A DNA stretch of 64,000 nucleotides, from positions 10,538 through 74,537 of the forward strand of contig JAXLRE010000003.1 of NCBI GenBank assembly GCA_046331265.1, written 5' to 3'. This stretch comes from Acidimicrobiia bacterium. GTDB lineage: Bacteria; Actinomycetota; Acidimicrobiia; IMCC26256; JAGPDB01. Below, piece after piece: positions 10,969 to 18,776 of the stretch. The notes beneath the pieces are model-generated. The model saw only the letters and a program-made list of their open reading frames with translations. It had not been told where the DNA came from and did not search any database. The position numbers were made by a program, and so were the translations under genes. Position 1 is the stretch's first letter. Each line of letters begins with the position of its first letter.

Positions 10969-11610
10969 GTGATTACTAAACGAATAACTAAAAAGAAGAT
11001 TTTATTATTAGTTGTTATTTTATTTGTCTCCTATATTTTTTATAATTTTGCCCAGGTCTATTATTTCGCACGGAATGACCAAGTAACAAGCAAAACAAAA
11101 GCTGATGCAATATTGGTTTTAGGTGCTGCGCAATTTAATGGTAAACCTTCAAAGGTTTTACAAGCTCGGCTTGATCATGCGATTGAACTATACAAACAAA
11201 AAACAGCACCTGTGATTATTGTAACTGGAGGAAATCAACCGGGTGACATTACGACTGAAGCCAGCGCTAGCGCAAATTATCTTTTGAAGCATGGTGTTAG
11301 GGACGAAAATATTTTAAGAGAAGTAAGAGGCAAATCGACTTATGATTCAATACGAGATGCGGAGGCATTTTCTAAGCCGAAAGGCATAAAGAAAATTGTA
11401 ATTGTTACTGATGGATTTCATGAGTTTAGATCTAGATGTATTGCGCAAGATTTTGGATTCAAAGTAGTTTCGTCACCAGCAAAGAATTCTCCTATCAGCG
11501 GTAAAGATGAATTTATGCAATTTATAGGAGAAACTGGCAGAGTGAGCTTAGGTAAAATTATTGGCTTTAGAAGGGTATCTAAAGACTCTTCAATTGTAAA
11601 TTTGATTTAA
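10969..11610 (+). CDS. DUF218 / YdcF(ElyC)-like membrane-anchored protein
   Basis: 213 aa with an N-terminal TM helix. ILVLGAAQFNGKPS...VIIVTGG resembles DUF218. GTG start. Confidence 0.65.
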   Translation: MITKRITKKKILLLVVILFVSYIFYNFAQVYYFARNDQVTSKTKADAILVLGAAQFNGKPSKVLQARLDHAIELYKQKTAPVIIVTGGNQPGDITTEASASANYLLKHGVRDENILREVRGKSTYDSIRDAEAFSKPKGIKKIVIVTDGFHEFRSRCIAQDFGFKVVSSPAKNSPISGKDEFMQFIGETGRVSLGKIIGFRRVSKDSSIVNLI

Positions 11611-11635
11611 AAAAAATTTAAACTCTATACACAAT

Positions 11636-11707
11636 TCGGGAGTGGTGTAATAGGCAACACGACAGTTTCTGGCACTGTTATTGAGGGTTCGATTCCTTCC
11701 TCCCGAG
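11636..11707 (+). tRNA. tRNA-Gln (anticodon CUG)
   Basis: Hand-folded 72-nt cloverleaf. Acceptor TCGGGAG/CTCCCGA (U1-A72, G73). D stem GTGT/ACAC. Anticodon stem ACAGT/ACTGT with loop TTCTGGC. T arm GAGGG-TTCGATT-CCTTC. CCA is not encoded. The position after gltX is conserved in Actinobacteria. Confidence 0.85.
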
Positions 11708-11811
11708 CACATCATCCGTGTTGGGCAGATTTGAGTTTTGCGAATTACGCGAATAAGCATAAAGGCTCAAAACATCTAAAGTCCTCCTAAGAATGAACCG
11801 ATTTTATATGT

Positions 11812-13446
11812 ATGAGTTTTGGAAACGGGGTTGGGAGACTGTGCAGGGGCGTGTTACAGGTATTTCCAATAATTTTAATAGTCATAGTAGCTTTTAACGG
11901 TCTACATTCATTTGATAATAATGAGCAGAAAAATAAACTTAAGCCAATAATTTCTTCTAGTTCCGCTATTAGTCCACTTATCCGCATTAGTTCAGACGCT
12001 AACGTGTATTTAGTTAATGGAAATCAGCGTAATAAATTAATAAACCAAGATATTATAAATGACTACTCCATTTTAGGTCCTGTAAGAACAGTAGATCAGA
12101 GTTATTTTGATAGCCTTACGCCTGGTCCAGATTTAGGACGTATTGTAAAGTCGTCAACGGATTCAAAAATCTATTTATTGATTTCGGGTATAAAATTATT
12201 ATTTAGTTCTTGTGATCTTGTTACAAACTATGGAGCTGATTGCAATAACTTACCTGAGGTTTCTATAGATGTGCTATCGAAATTTGTGAATGGTCCTGGA
12301 GTTACACGATTTATTAAAAGTTCAATTGGGTCAACCGTATACTTCATCCAAAATGGAAAGAAAAGGCCAGTTGCAAGTTGGTCTAATCTTGTTGGTTTAG
12401 GATTTCCTATAGCAATAAATTGGTTGAATGATTCGTCTGTTAATTCGATACCAACTGGAGAATTGGCTTTTGGCTCAGGTGGTCTAATTAAAACTTCTTC
12501 ATCTGCAAGCGTGTATGCAATTAATGATTGGACAGATCCCTCGACGATATTCCCTGTGACTAGCTTTGGAATAACAATAGATTTAGGTTTAGGTACAGAT
12601 GTTAGTGTTGTAGATAATAGTGTTTTGTCGACGTATAGCATCGGAGCAAATTTGCGAAATACTATCAAATGTGGTTTGAATTACTATTCTGGTTCTAATG
12701 GCATACTGTATCAAATTAACCCATCATTATTTGCTCAATTTAGTCTATCTCAGTCAGATTTTCTAGAAAGTGGCGGTATTTGTAGTAGGTTCACAATAAG
12801 TCAAACCCAGATGTCGAGATTTATTCTCAACAGGGGCACAATTTACTTTGTTGAAAACGGCACAAAACGAGGGTTCACAAGCTATCGGGCATATTTAGAA
12901 AACGGAGGTACTCCTGAAACAACAGTTCCTGTCAGTGACAGTTTTGTAAATAGATTGCCAAATGGCTCACCAATCGTTGCAACACCTCCGAGAGGTGAAT
13001 CTGAAATCGCTAACGATATTTATAATAGGGTTAATCAGGAACGTGCTGCAAGAGGTTTAAATTCGCTTGGATGGGATAGCTTTTTAAATGCTAATGCTAG
13101 GAACTGGTCAGTAGCGATGGCTAATTCAAATTCATTTGCTCATTCTAATTTGTATCCATTACTTAACCGCTTCACTATTGCTGCTGAAAACATTGGTCTC
13201 GCTGGACCAGGTGCAAAATCTAGTGCATTGCACTTAGCATGGATGAACTCAACAGGGCATAGGGTTAACTTATTAGCTCCAAATCTTGATGTAATAGGTA
13301 TCGGTGTATATTGCGCACCTGATGGTCGACTTTGGGTAACGCAACAATTTGGTCGATGGCCAAATTCAGGTTTACCGATGTCTTTTGGTCCAACACCAAG
13401 TGTGGCACCTATTGTTGCAAATGATGACGGTGGGGCTACTTGCTAA
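11812..13446 (+). CDS. membrane-anchored/secreted protein with a repeat module and C-terminal CAP/SCP (PR-1-like) domain (gene A)
   Basis: 544 aa with an N-terminal hydrophobic anchor. About 300 aa are paralogous to gene B (13459-15225). The C-terminal segment NQERAARGL...AHSN...ENIG...WMNSTGHRVNLL resembles bacterial CAP/YkwD domains. Confidence 0.6.
   Translation: MSFGNGVGRLCRGVLQVFPIILIVIVAFNGLHSFDNNEQKNKLKPIISSSSAISPLIRISSDANVYLVNGNQRNKLINQDIINDYSILGPVRTVDQSYFDSLTPGPDLGRIVKSSTDSKIYLLISGIKLLFSSCDLVTNYGADCNNLPEVSIDVLSKFVNGPGVTRFIKSSIGSTVYFIQNGKKRPVASWSNLVGLGFPIAINWLNDSSVNSIPTGELAFGSGGLIKTSSSASVYAINDWTDPSTIFPVTSFGITIDLGLGTDVSVVDNSVLSTYSIGANLRNTIKCGLNYYSGSNGILYQINPSLFAQFSLSQSDFLESGGICSRFTISQTQMSRFILNRGTIYFVENGTKRGFTSYRAYLENGGTPETTVPVSDSFVNRLPNGSPIVATPPRGESEIANDIYNRVNQERAARGLNSLGWDSFLNANARNWSVAMANSNSFAHSNLYPLLNRFTIAAENIGLAGPGAKSSALHLAWMNSTGHRVNLLAPNLDVIGIGVYCAPDGRLWVTQQFGRWPNSGLPMSFGPTPSVAPIVANDDGGATC
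12784..12884. repeat. inverted repeat, left copy (101 bp, 100% identical to the reverse complement of 13559-13659)
   Basis: Base-by-base comparison by eye. It lies inside gene A and starts at codon phase 1. Confidence 0.95.
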
Positions 13447-13458
13447 TTGTTTATTAAT

Positions 13459-15225
13459 TTAATTAGAGATTGTTGGACCGTTTTGGATTCCATCTGCAAA
13501 TAAATTACTAACACTAATAGTAGGTGAACTTCCTCCTCCATTTGCAAGAAATGCAGAGTAGCTTGTGAACCCTCGTTTTGTGCCGTTTTCAACAAAGTAA
13601 ATTGTGCCCCTGTTGAGAATAAATCTCGACATCTGGGTTTGACTTATTGTGAACCTACTGCAGATATCACCGCTACTTAAGAAAGTATTATTTGTGTATC
13701 CAAAATGGGAATAAATGGATGGATCAATTTTATATAGAATACCATTCGTTCCGACATAGGTATTTAAACCACATTTAACTGTAGCTTTCAGATTACTACT
13801 CACATTAAAACTTGATAACTGGTTTGATGATACTGTTCTAACATCTGTTCCTAAACCTAAGTCGTTTGTATAACCGAAACTTGTTACAGGAAAAATGGTC
13901 GGATTTCCGTTCCAATCATTTACTGCATAAACTGATGCTGAAGTTGAGACTTTAATTAAGCTACCGCCTGTAACAACTAGATCTCCGGTGGGTATAGAGT
14001 CGAGTAACTCATCTGTCACTGAGTTGATACTATAACCAACATTGAGTTGAACTAAGTCTTGCCACGAGCCAATAGGACGTTTCTTGCCATCTTTGATATA
14101 GAAAACGGTAGATTGACTATTTGATTTTATTAATGAAGTGACAAGAGGCCCATTGACGAACATATTGAGTTGTATTGGAGTTAGCCTGTTAACACTTGCA
14201 CAACTGAAGCCATAGTCTGAAACAAGTTGGCAAGAAGTAAACGGAAGTTTAATTCCTGCAACAATTAAATAAAGGGTGCTGTCATTGACATCGGTAGAGC
14301 CAACCATTCTCGTTAAGATAGAACCGGATGAAATGTTATTTAGATAGCTCTGATCTACTATGCTAAGCGGTCCAAGAATACCATAATCGCTAAGAATCGC
14401 TCCTGAACTTATAGGGTATTTAACATTGTTGCTCAATAGGTATACGGTATTGTCGGATAGGCTTCTCACAAGATCACCAGTTGGTGAACCGAACCAGTCT
14501 GTAAAATCTCTCCAGAAATTTCGATTACCATAAGAGCTACATGAGTCTCCAGTGCCGTAAAGATTAGAAAGTGCTGCAGCATTAGGTTGGTATGGAGTAT
14601 ATGAATATAAAGCAGCTGTTCCGCGCGACTGGATGTTGACTACTGTGCCTCCACATGCGCCGTTAGGATGCCAGCCAATATAATAATTTCCTACTTTGAA
14701 AGGCACAAAAGAAAGAGAGTTATTATAAAACCCTTTTAGGTGTCTAGCCCCTTGGTACAGCTGTTTCGATAGTCCATACCACTGTGCATCGCAAGGGGCG
14801 GTATCAGGACATCCAAATCCCATTGCCGAACGATATTTACTGTCACTGCAATTTGTTGTAGTTATTAAACTTTGTTCTTTTTGTAAGGTCACAAGGATTA
14901 CCTGTGGATTGAGCCCGTACAGTGTACTTACATCAGAGATTGCTTGTGCAGCTGAAACTGGTCCACCATATGTGTTATTGCCAAGTGGTTGATCAGTTAT
15001 ATAATTCTTTAAACAAGTCGAGCCAACACCATTTACTGTATTTAAAAAATTCTGAATTTGTTGAGTGTTCATTGAAGAAGTGTTTGTAAAGATCCGGTCA
15101 TCAATAATTCGACCTGGGTTGAATCTAGATGCATCTGCTGCGTTTGCATCTGAGATATTAATAAGTTGGACGCTACCAAAAGTAGAGATAACAAGTAGAA
15201 GAACTAGAGCAATTCGCTTGATCAT
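13459..15225 (-). CDS. secreted protein, paralog of gene A with a distinct N-terminal domain (gene B)
   Basis: 588 aa. Signal peptide MIKRIALVLLLVISTFGSVQLINISDANA. The Cys-rich N-terminal domain (FNPGRIIDDRIF...QIQNFL) is seen in Gram-positive wall-associated proteins. The C-terminal roughly 330 aa are paralogous to gene A. Confidence 0.6.
   Translation of the reverse strand: MIKRIALVLLLVISTFGSVQLINISDANAADASRFNPGRIIDDRIFTNTSSMNTQQIQNFLNTVNGVGSTCLKNYITDQPLGNNTYGGPVSAAQAISDVSTLYGLNPQVILVTLQKEQSLITTTNCSDSKYRSAMGFGCPDTAPCDAQWYGLSKQLYQGARHLKGFYNNSLSFVPFKVGNYYIGWHPNGACGGTVVNIQSRGTAALYSYTPYQPNAAALSNLYGTGDSCSSYGNRNFWRDFTDWFGSPTGDLVRSLSDNTVYLLSNNVKYPISSGAILSDYGILGPLSIVDQSYLNNISSGSILTRMVGSTDVNDSTLYLIVAGIKLPFTSCQLVSDYGFSCASVNRLTPIQLNMFVNGPLVTSLIKSNSQSTVFYIKDGKKRPIGSWQDLVQLNVGYSINSVTDELLDSIPTGDLVVTGGSLIKVSTSASVYAVNDWNGNPTIFPVTSFGYTNDLGLGTDVRTVSSNQLSSFNVSSNLKATVKCGLNTYVGTNGILYKIDPSIYSHFGYTNNTFLSSGDICSRFTISQTQMSRFILNRGTIYFVENGTKRGFTSYSAFLANGGGSSPTISVSNLFADGIQNGPTISN
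13559..13659. repeat. inverted repeat, right copy (101 bp)
   Basis: Reverse complement is identical to 12784-12884. It lies inside gene B in the same codon phase. Confidence 0.95.
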
Positions 15226-15728
15226 TTTATTACAATCTTTCTAGTGTCTGATTTAGCGCTTCCATTAGGTGCATCAACTTCCATTATTAATTCCCAAGTA
15301 CCTTTAGATTGGAATTTAGTATTTTCTACATCAAATCCTGCGCATGTGAAATAAGTTGGACCTTGTACAACATCTGCGTTTAGAACTATATCTTCAGAAC
15401 CTTGTTTATTAAATGTAGCCGTACAAGTACCTTCTGTCGCTCCATAAATAATTGCCCTTACAGGAACCATTTCATTTTCGAATGATTGATCATTAACAGG
15501 TGAACTTATAGAGATAGAAATATTTGAGTTAGATGTCGTGCTTGGTAACTCAGGCTGCGTCGAATCAGGAGTTGAAGATTGATTTGTTGTGGATGTTGTA
15601 TTTTCTGTTCGATCGGATTTTTTGTCTTTAGAACCATTTCCGTTGTTTAGTGTTAGAAGAAGAGCTGCTGTGGCTACAAGCAAAACTAATACTGTTACAA
15701 TTAGTGAAACTTTTGTTTTTGTTATCAT
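15222..15728 (-). CDS. membrane-anchored Ser/Thr-rich small protein
   Basis: 168 aa: a TM helix, a low-complexity S/T/N linker, then a beta-rich domain. Its stop overlaps the start of gene B by 4 nt, so the two look like an operon. Confidence 0.5.
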   Translation of the reverse strand: MITKTKVSLIVTVLVLLVATAALLLTLNNGNGSKDKKSDRTENTTSTTNQSSTPDSTQPELPSTTSNSNISISISSPVNDQSFENEMVPVRAIIYGATEGTCTATFNKQGSEDIVLNADVVQGPTYFTCAGFDVENTKFQSKGTWELIMEVDAPNGSAKSDTRKIVIK

Positions 15729-16019
15729 TTACTTGCCACCTCGCATTGCACACAATATGTTCTTTACTAATTTGTATATTAGATTTCATATAGATCATGT
15801 TTAGATCTATTGAAAGAACTCTCCCTATTGCATGAAGTCCTACAAGTCTATGCTTTTGACTTATTAAATATCGACTGAAACCAGAAATATCTTAACTTAT
15901 GAGCATTTTTTTCTCACCCTAAGTAAACGCGATATTCGCGTTGAGCATTGCTCAAAGAAAAAAGTGTGAAATATCTATCATATAGATACTAAAAATCTTT
16001 AAAACTAGACTCGATCTTT

Positions 16020-16286
16020 ATGGATTTAGAAAAATTAGAGGCTCGTATTACATCTATAGAAGAAAGAAATGTAAGAGTTGAAAAAAACAAGATTTGGGAA
16101 ACTTCACCTGTACGAAGAATTTCTATTGCACTATTAACTTACACTTCAATAGTTTGTTACCACTTGGCTATTGGGGCTAAAAATGTTTTTGTTATTAGTG
16201 CGGTTCCTGTTGTAGGTTTTATTTTGTCTACATTGTCTTTAGGTTTTATCAGAAATATTTTTGAGAAGCGAAAAAATGAAAAGTGA
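16020..16286 (+). CDS. small two-TM membrane protein
   Basis: 88 aa: an N-terminal coiled segment followed by two hydrophobic helices. Confidence 0.4.
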   Translation: MDLEKLEARITSIEERNVRVEKNKIWETSPVRRISIALLTYTSIVCYHLAIGAKNVFVISAVPVVGFILSTLSLGFIRNIFEKRKNEK

Positions 16287-16533
16287 TTTAACGAAAATTC
16301 CTTATGTAGGTCCTGCAATTGAAAAAGATTTTCTGTTATTAGGAATTAATGAAATTGATGATTTGAGAGGCAAGTCACATACTGAATTATTTAACCAGCT
16401 ATGCAAAACAACCTCATCGAATCAGGATCCATGCGTATTAGATACTTTCCAAATGGCAATACATTTTGCAGAAACTGGAGAGTCTCTACCTTGGTGGCAT
16501 TTTTCGCGGATAAGAAAAGCATCTGGTTCGTAA
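16276..16533 (+). CDS. helix-hairpin-helix domain protein (Cdd1 / 'pathogenicity locus'-like)
   Basis: MKSDLTKIPYVGPAIEKDFLLLGINEIDDL is an HhH-type motif. I prefer the ATG at 16276 over the track start at 16261. Confidence 0.45.
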   Translation: MKSDLTKIPYVGPAIEKDFLLLGINEIDDLRGKSHTELFNQLCKTTSSNQDPCVLDTFQMAIHFAETGESLPWWHFSRIRKASGS

Positions 16534-16589
16534 GTTTATTATTCTCAGATTGTATATAGTTTTTATCAATAGTAGCCTTTCTGGTTCAT

Positions 16590-16662
16590 GTCCCCGTCGA
16601 CTAGCGGCCTAGGTCGCCACCCTCTCAAGGTGGAAACGGCGGTTCAAATCCGCTCGGGGATG
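16590..16662 (+). tRNA. tRNA-Glu (anticodon CUC)
   Basis: Hand-folded 73 nt with the same architecture as E. coli tRNA-Glu. Acceptor GTCCCCG/CGGGGAT (G1-U72 wobble). D stem GACT/AGGTC. Anticodon stem CCACC/GGTGG with loop CTCTCAA. T arm GGCGG-TTCAAAT-CCGCT. Discriminator G. Confidence 0.8.
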
Positions 16663-16697
16663 CAATGAAAAGATCCGCTTGGGGATGCAATGAAAAT
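16648..16697 (+). repeat. tandem 25-bp duplication of the tRNA-Glu 3' end plus 10 downstream nt
   Basis: ATCCGCTCGGGGATGCAATGAAAAG is followed directly by ATCCGCTTGGGGATGCAATGAAAAT (23/25 identical). Confidence 0.9.
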
Positions 16698-17475
16698 CTT
16701 ATTATTTGATGTCTCATGGTGGAAACTTCCAATAGCAACATTTATAGCATTTATTGGCGGAATTATGAACGCCACATCCGGTGGAGGATCATTTCTTACC
16801 TATCCTTCACTACTCGCATTAGGAGAATCGCATATAGGTGCTAATGCAACCTCAACTGTTGGGCTGTGGCCTGGGCTTATCGCCAATCTACCTGGTTTTA
16901 AAGATGAAATATCTTCAAATAAGAAGTTTCTTAAGATATTCGTAGTGCCGACTTTAATAGGTGCTTCAATCGGAGCATTTATATTAACTAGAACTTCAGA
17001 TAATGTTTTTGGTTTTGTTGCACCTATTCTAATTTTTACTGGTGCAATTGTTTTGCAATTTCATCATAAGCTTGAACATTTTTTTGATCATATGAGAATG
17101 GGATCAATTAATCGTCGAACTGTTGTTGTGACATTTGTAGTTTTTATAATAGCGATTTATGCTGCATATTTTGGAGCAGGGATAGGAGTTCTTTTTCTTG
17201 CTGCGTTTTCATTTTTACATTTAGAAAACTTTTATCATAGTGTTGCAATTAAGAATGTTCTAGCTTTAGTAGCAAATACAGTAGCAACAATTTATTTTTC
17301 GTTTACAGGTTTAATACATTGGCCGATATCAATTGCAATGGCGTTGGGGTCAATTGCAGGTGGAATATTTGGCGCAAAAATTATTAGAAAAATTGATAAA
17401 GAAAAATTGAGAAGTTTCGTAGTAGTCTATGGTTTAGCAACTTCAGTAATATTATTAATTCTACAACTTATATGA
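16690..17475 (+). CDS. TauE/SafE family (DUF81) anion exporter
   Basis: 261 aa and polytopic. The NATSGGGSFLTYPSLL motif is typical of TauE/SafE. Confidence 0.8.
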   Translation: MKILLFDVSWWKLPIATFIAFIGGIMNATSGGGSFLTYPSLLALGESHIGANATSTVGLWPGLIANLPGFKDEISSNKKFLKIFVVPTLIGASIGAFILTRTSDNVFGFVAPILIFTGAIVLQFHHKLEHFFDHMRMGSINRRTVVVTFVVFIIAIYAAYFGAGIGVLFLAAFSFLHLENFYHSVAIKNVLALVANTVATIYFSFTGLIHWPISIAMALGSIAGGIFGAKIIRKIDKEKLRSFVVVYGLATSVILLILQLI

Positions 17476-18020
17476 ACTCATTAATACAAATTATTTTCAT
17501 TGCTATTGGTTTAGCTATGGATGCGTTTTCTGTTTCAACTGCAATAGGGATGAGAGCTAAGAATCATCGTATCAAGCAAGCAATTAAAATTTCATTTATA
17601 TTCGCGACTTTCCAAGCTGTTATGCCATTAATTGGCTGGGGGATAAGTGCTGTAGTGAGAAGTTTTGTAGAAGATTATGGAAAGCAATTCGCATTTATAG
17701 TGCTTTTAGTTTTGGGTCTAAAGATGATATATGAATCATTAAAGAGTGATCGTGAAAATATATCTGATCACCCAAGTATTAACCGGCTATTGATCTTAGG
17801 TTTTGCTACAAGTATTGATGCACTATTAGTTGGAACAACATTGCGTCTTATAAAAATAAATGTTCTAGTATCGATTTTTATTATTGGTCTTATAACATTT
17901 TCATTATGTATTGTTGCATATTATTTCGGAAAACAAGTTGGTAAAATTTTCAAAAATCATGTTGAAATAGTAGGCGGAGTCGTTCTAATTATTATTGCAA
18001 TTACTTTTTTATTCTCATAA
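17472..18020 (+). CDS. mntP: manganese efflux pump MntP
   Basis: 182 aa. AIGLAMDAFSVS and ATSIDALLVG are the duplicated DUF204/MntP motifs. Confidence 0.8.
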   Translation: MNSLIQIIFIAIGLAMDAFSVSTAIGMRAKNHRIKQAIKISFIFATFQAVMPLIGWGISAVVRSFVEDYGKQFAFIVLLVLGLKMIYESLKSDRENISDHPSINRLLILGFATSIDALLVGTTLRLIKINVLVSIFIIGLITFSLCIVAYYFGKQVGKIFKNHVEIVGGVVLIIIAITFLFS

Positions 18021-18432
18021 ATAAAGAACTTTTTTTTATTTTTTAATAAATTTTTATAAAAAAATATTTACACAAAGCGTGAAAGTTTTTTACGCATTTT
18101 CATTTTTTGAAAATGATTAAAAATTAATTCGAAAAATTTAAATGCAAAATTTTGTTAACACATCGTTTTTATTTTGCATTTTATGTAAAACACCTAATAA
18201 ACTTAACTTTGTTAACTTTTGTGATGCACAAAAGTTAAGTTAAGAAAAAATGAAAGGAAGTTTTTTCTCGAATATATTAACGGGGGAGTTTTTCACTCTT
18301 TGTGAAAGATTTAAGTTTCTAACACATCTCATATTTCTCCAAAATATTTCGCGAAAATCTTTAAATACTTGACATTACTATCAAAACCAACTCGACTTGA
18401 TAGTTAACGGGCGAAAAACTTGGAGGTTAACC

Positions 18433-18711
18433 GTGAACAAGACAGAGCTTATTGAAGCAGCATCAGAACAAACAGGACTACCAAAAAGCAGTGTGGAAGC
18501 TTGCCTAAAAGCAATCACTGACACAATCGTTTCTAAGGTAGCAAAGAAAGAGCAAGTTACTCTTCCTGGTTTCGGAACATGGAAAGCATCAGAGCGAGCA
18601 GCTCGTGTTGGCCGTAATCCACAAACCGGTGAAGACATTAAGATCGCAGCAACCACTGTACCTAGCTTTAAAGCAGGATCTGCATTTAAAGAACAGGTTA
18701 AAAAAGGTTAA
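18433..18711 (+). CDS. hup: DNA-binding protein HU
   Basis: GTG start at 18433, 7 nt after GGAGG. The track start at 18397 is probably too early. [16 protein letters not shown]...[28 protein letters not shown] is canonical HU. Confidence 0.9.
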   Translation: MNKTELIEAASEQTGLPKSSVEACLKAITDTIVSKVAKKEQVTLPGFGTWKASERAARVGRNPQTGEDIKIAATTVPSFKAGSAFKEQVKKG

Positions 18712-18776
18712 AGCGAAAAGTGACCCTTTTGGGTCTTGATCAAGACACCCTCAAGAAAAAGCGAAAGGTGGCAAAA

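Noticed and set aside
15729-16019. Hairpins AACGCGA-TAT-TCGCGTT and GAGCA-T-TGCTC in the divergent intergenic region of the tRNA island
   Set aside because: The stems are short, they are not followed by T runs, and they are not repeated elsewhere in the window. That is insufficient to call a terminator or operator.
16590-16662. G1-U72 wobble in tRNA-Glu as a sign of a pseudo-tRNA
   Set aside because: All four arms otherwise fold perfectly, and the architecture mirrors canonical bacterial tRNA-Glu. A single G-U at the acceptor end is compatible with function.
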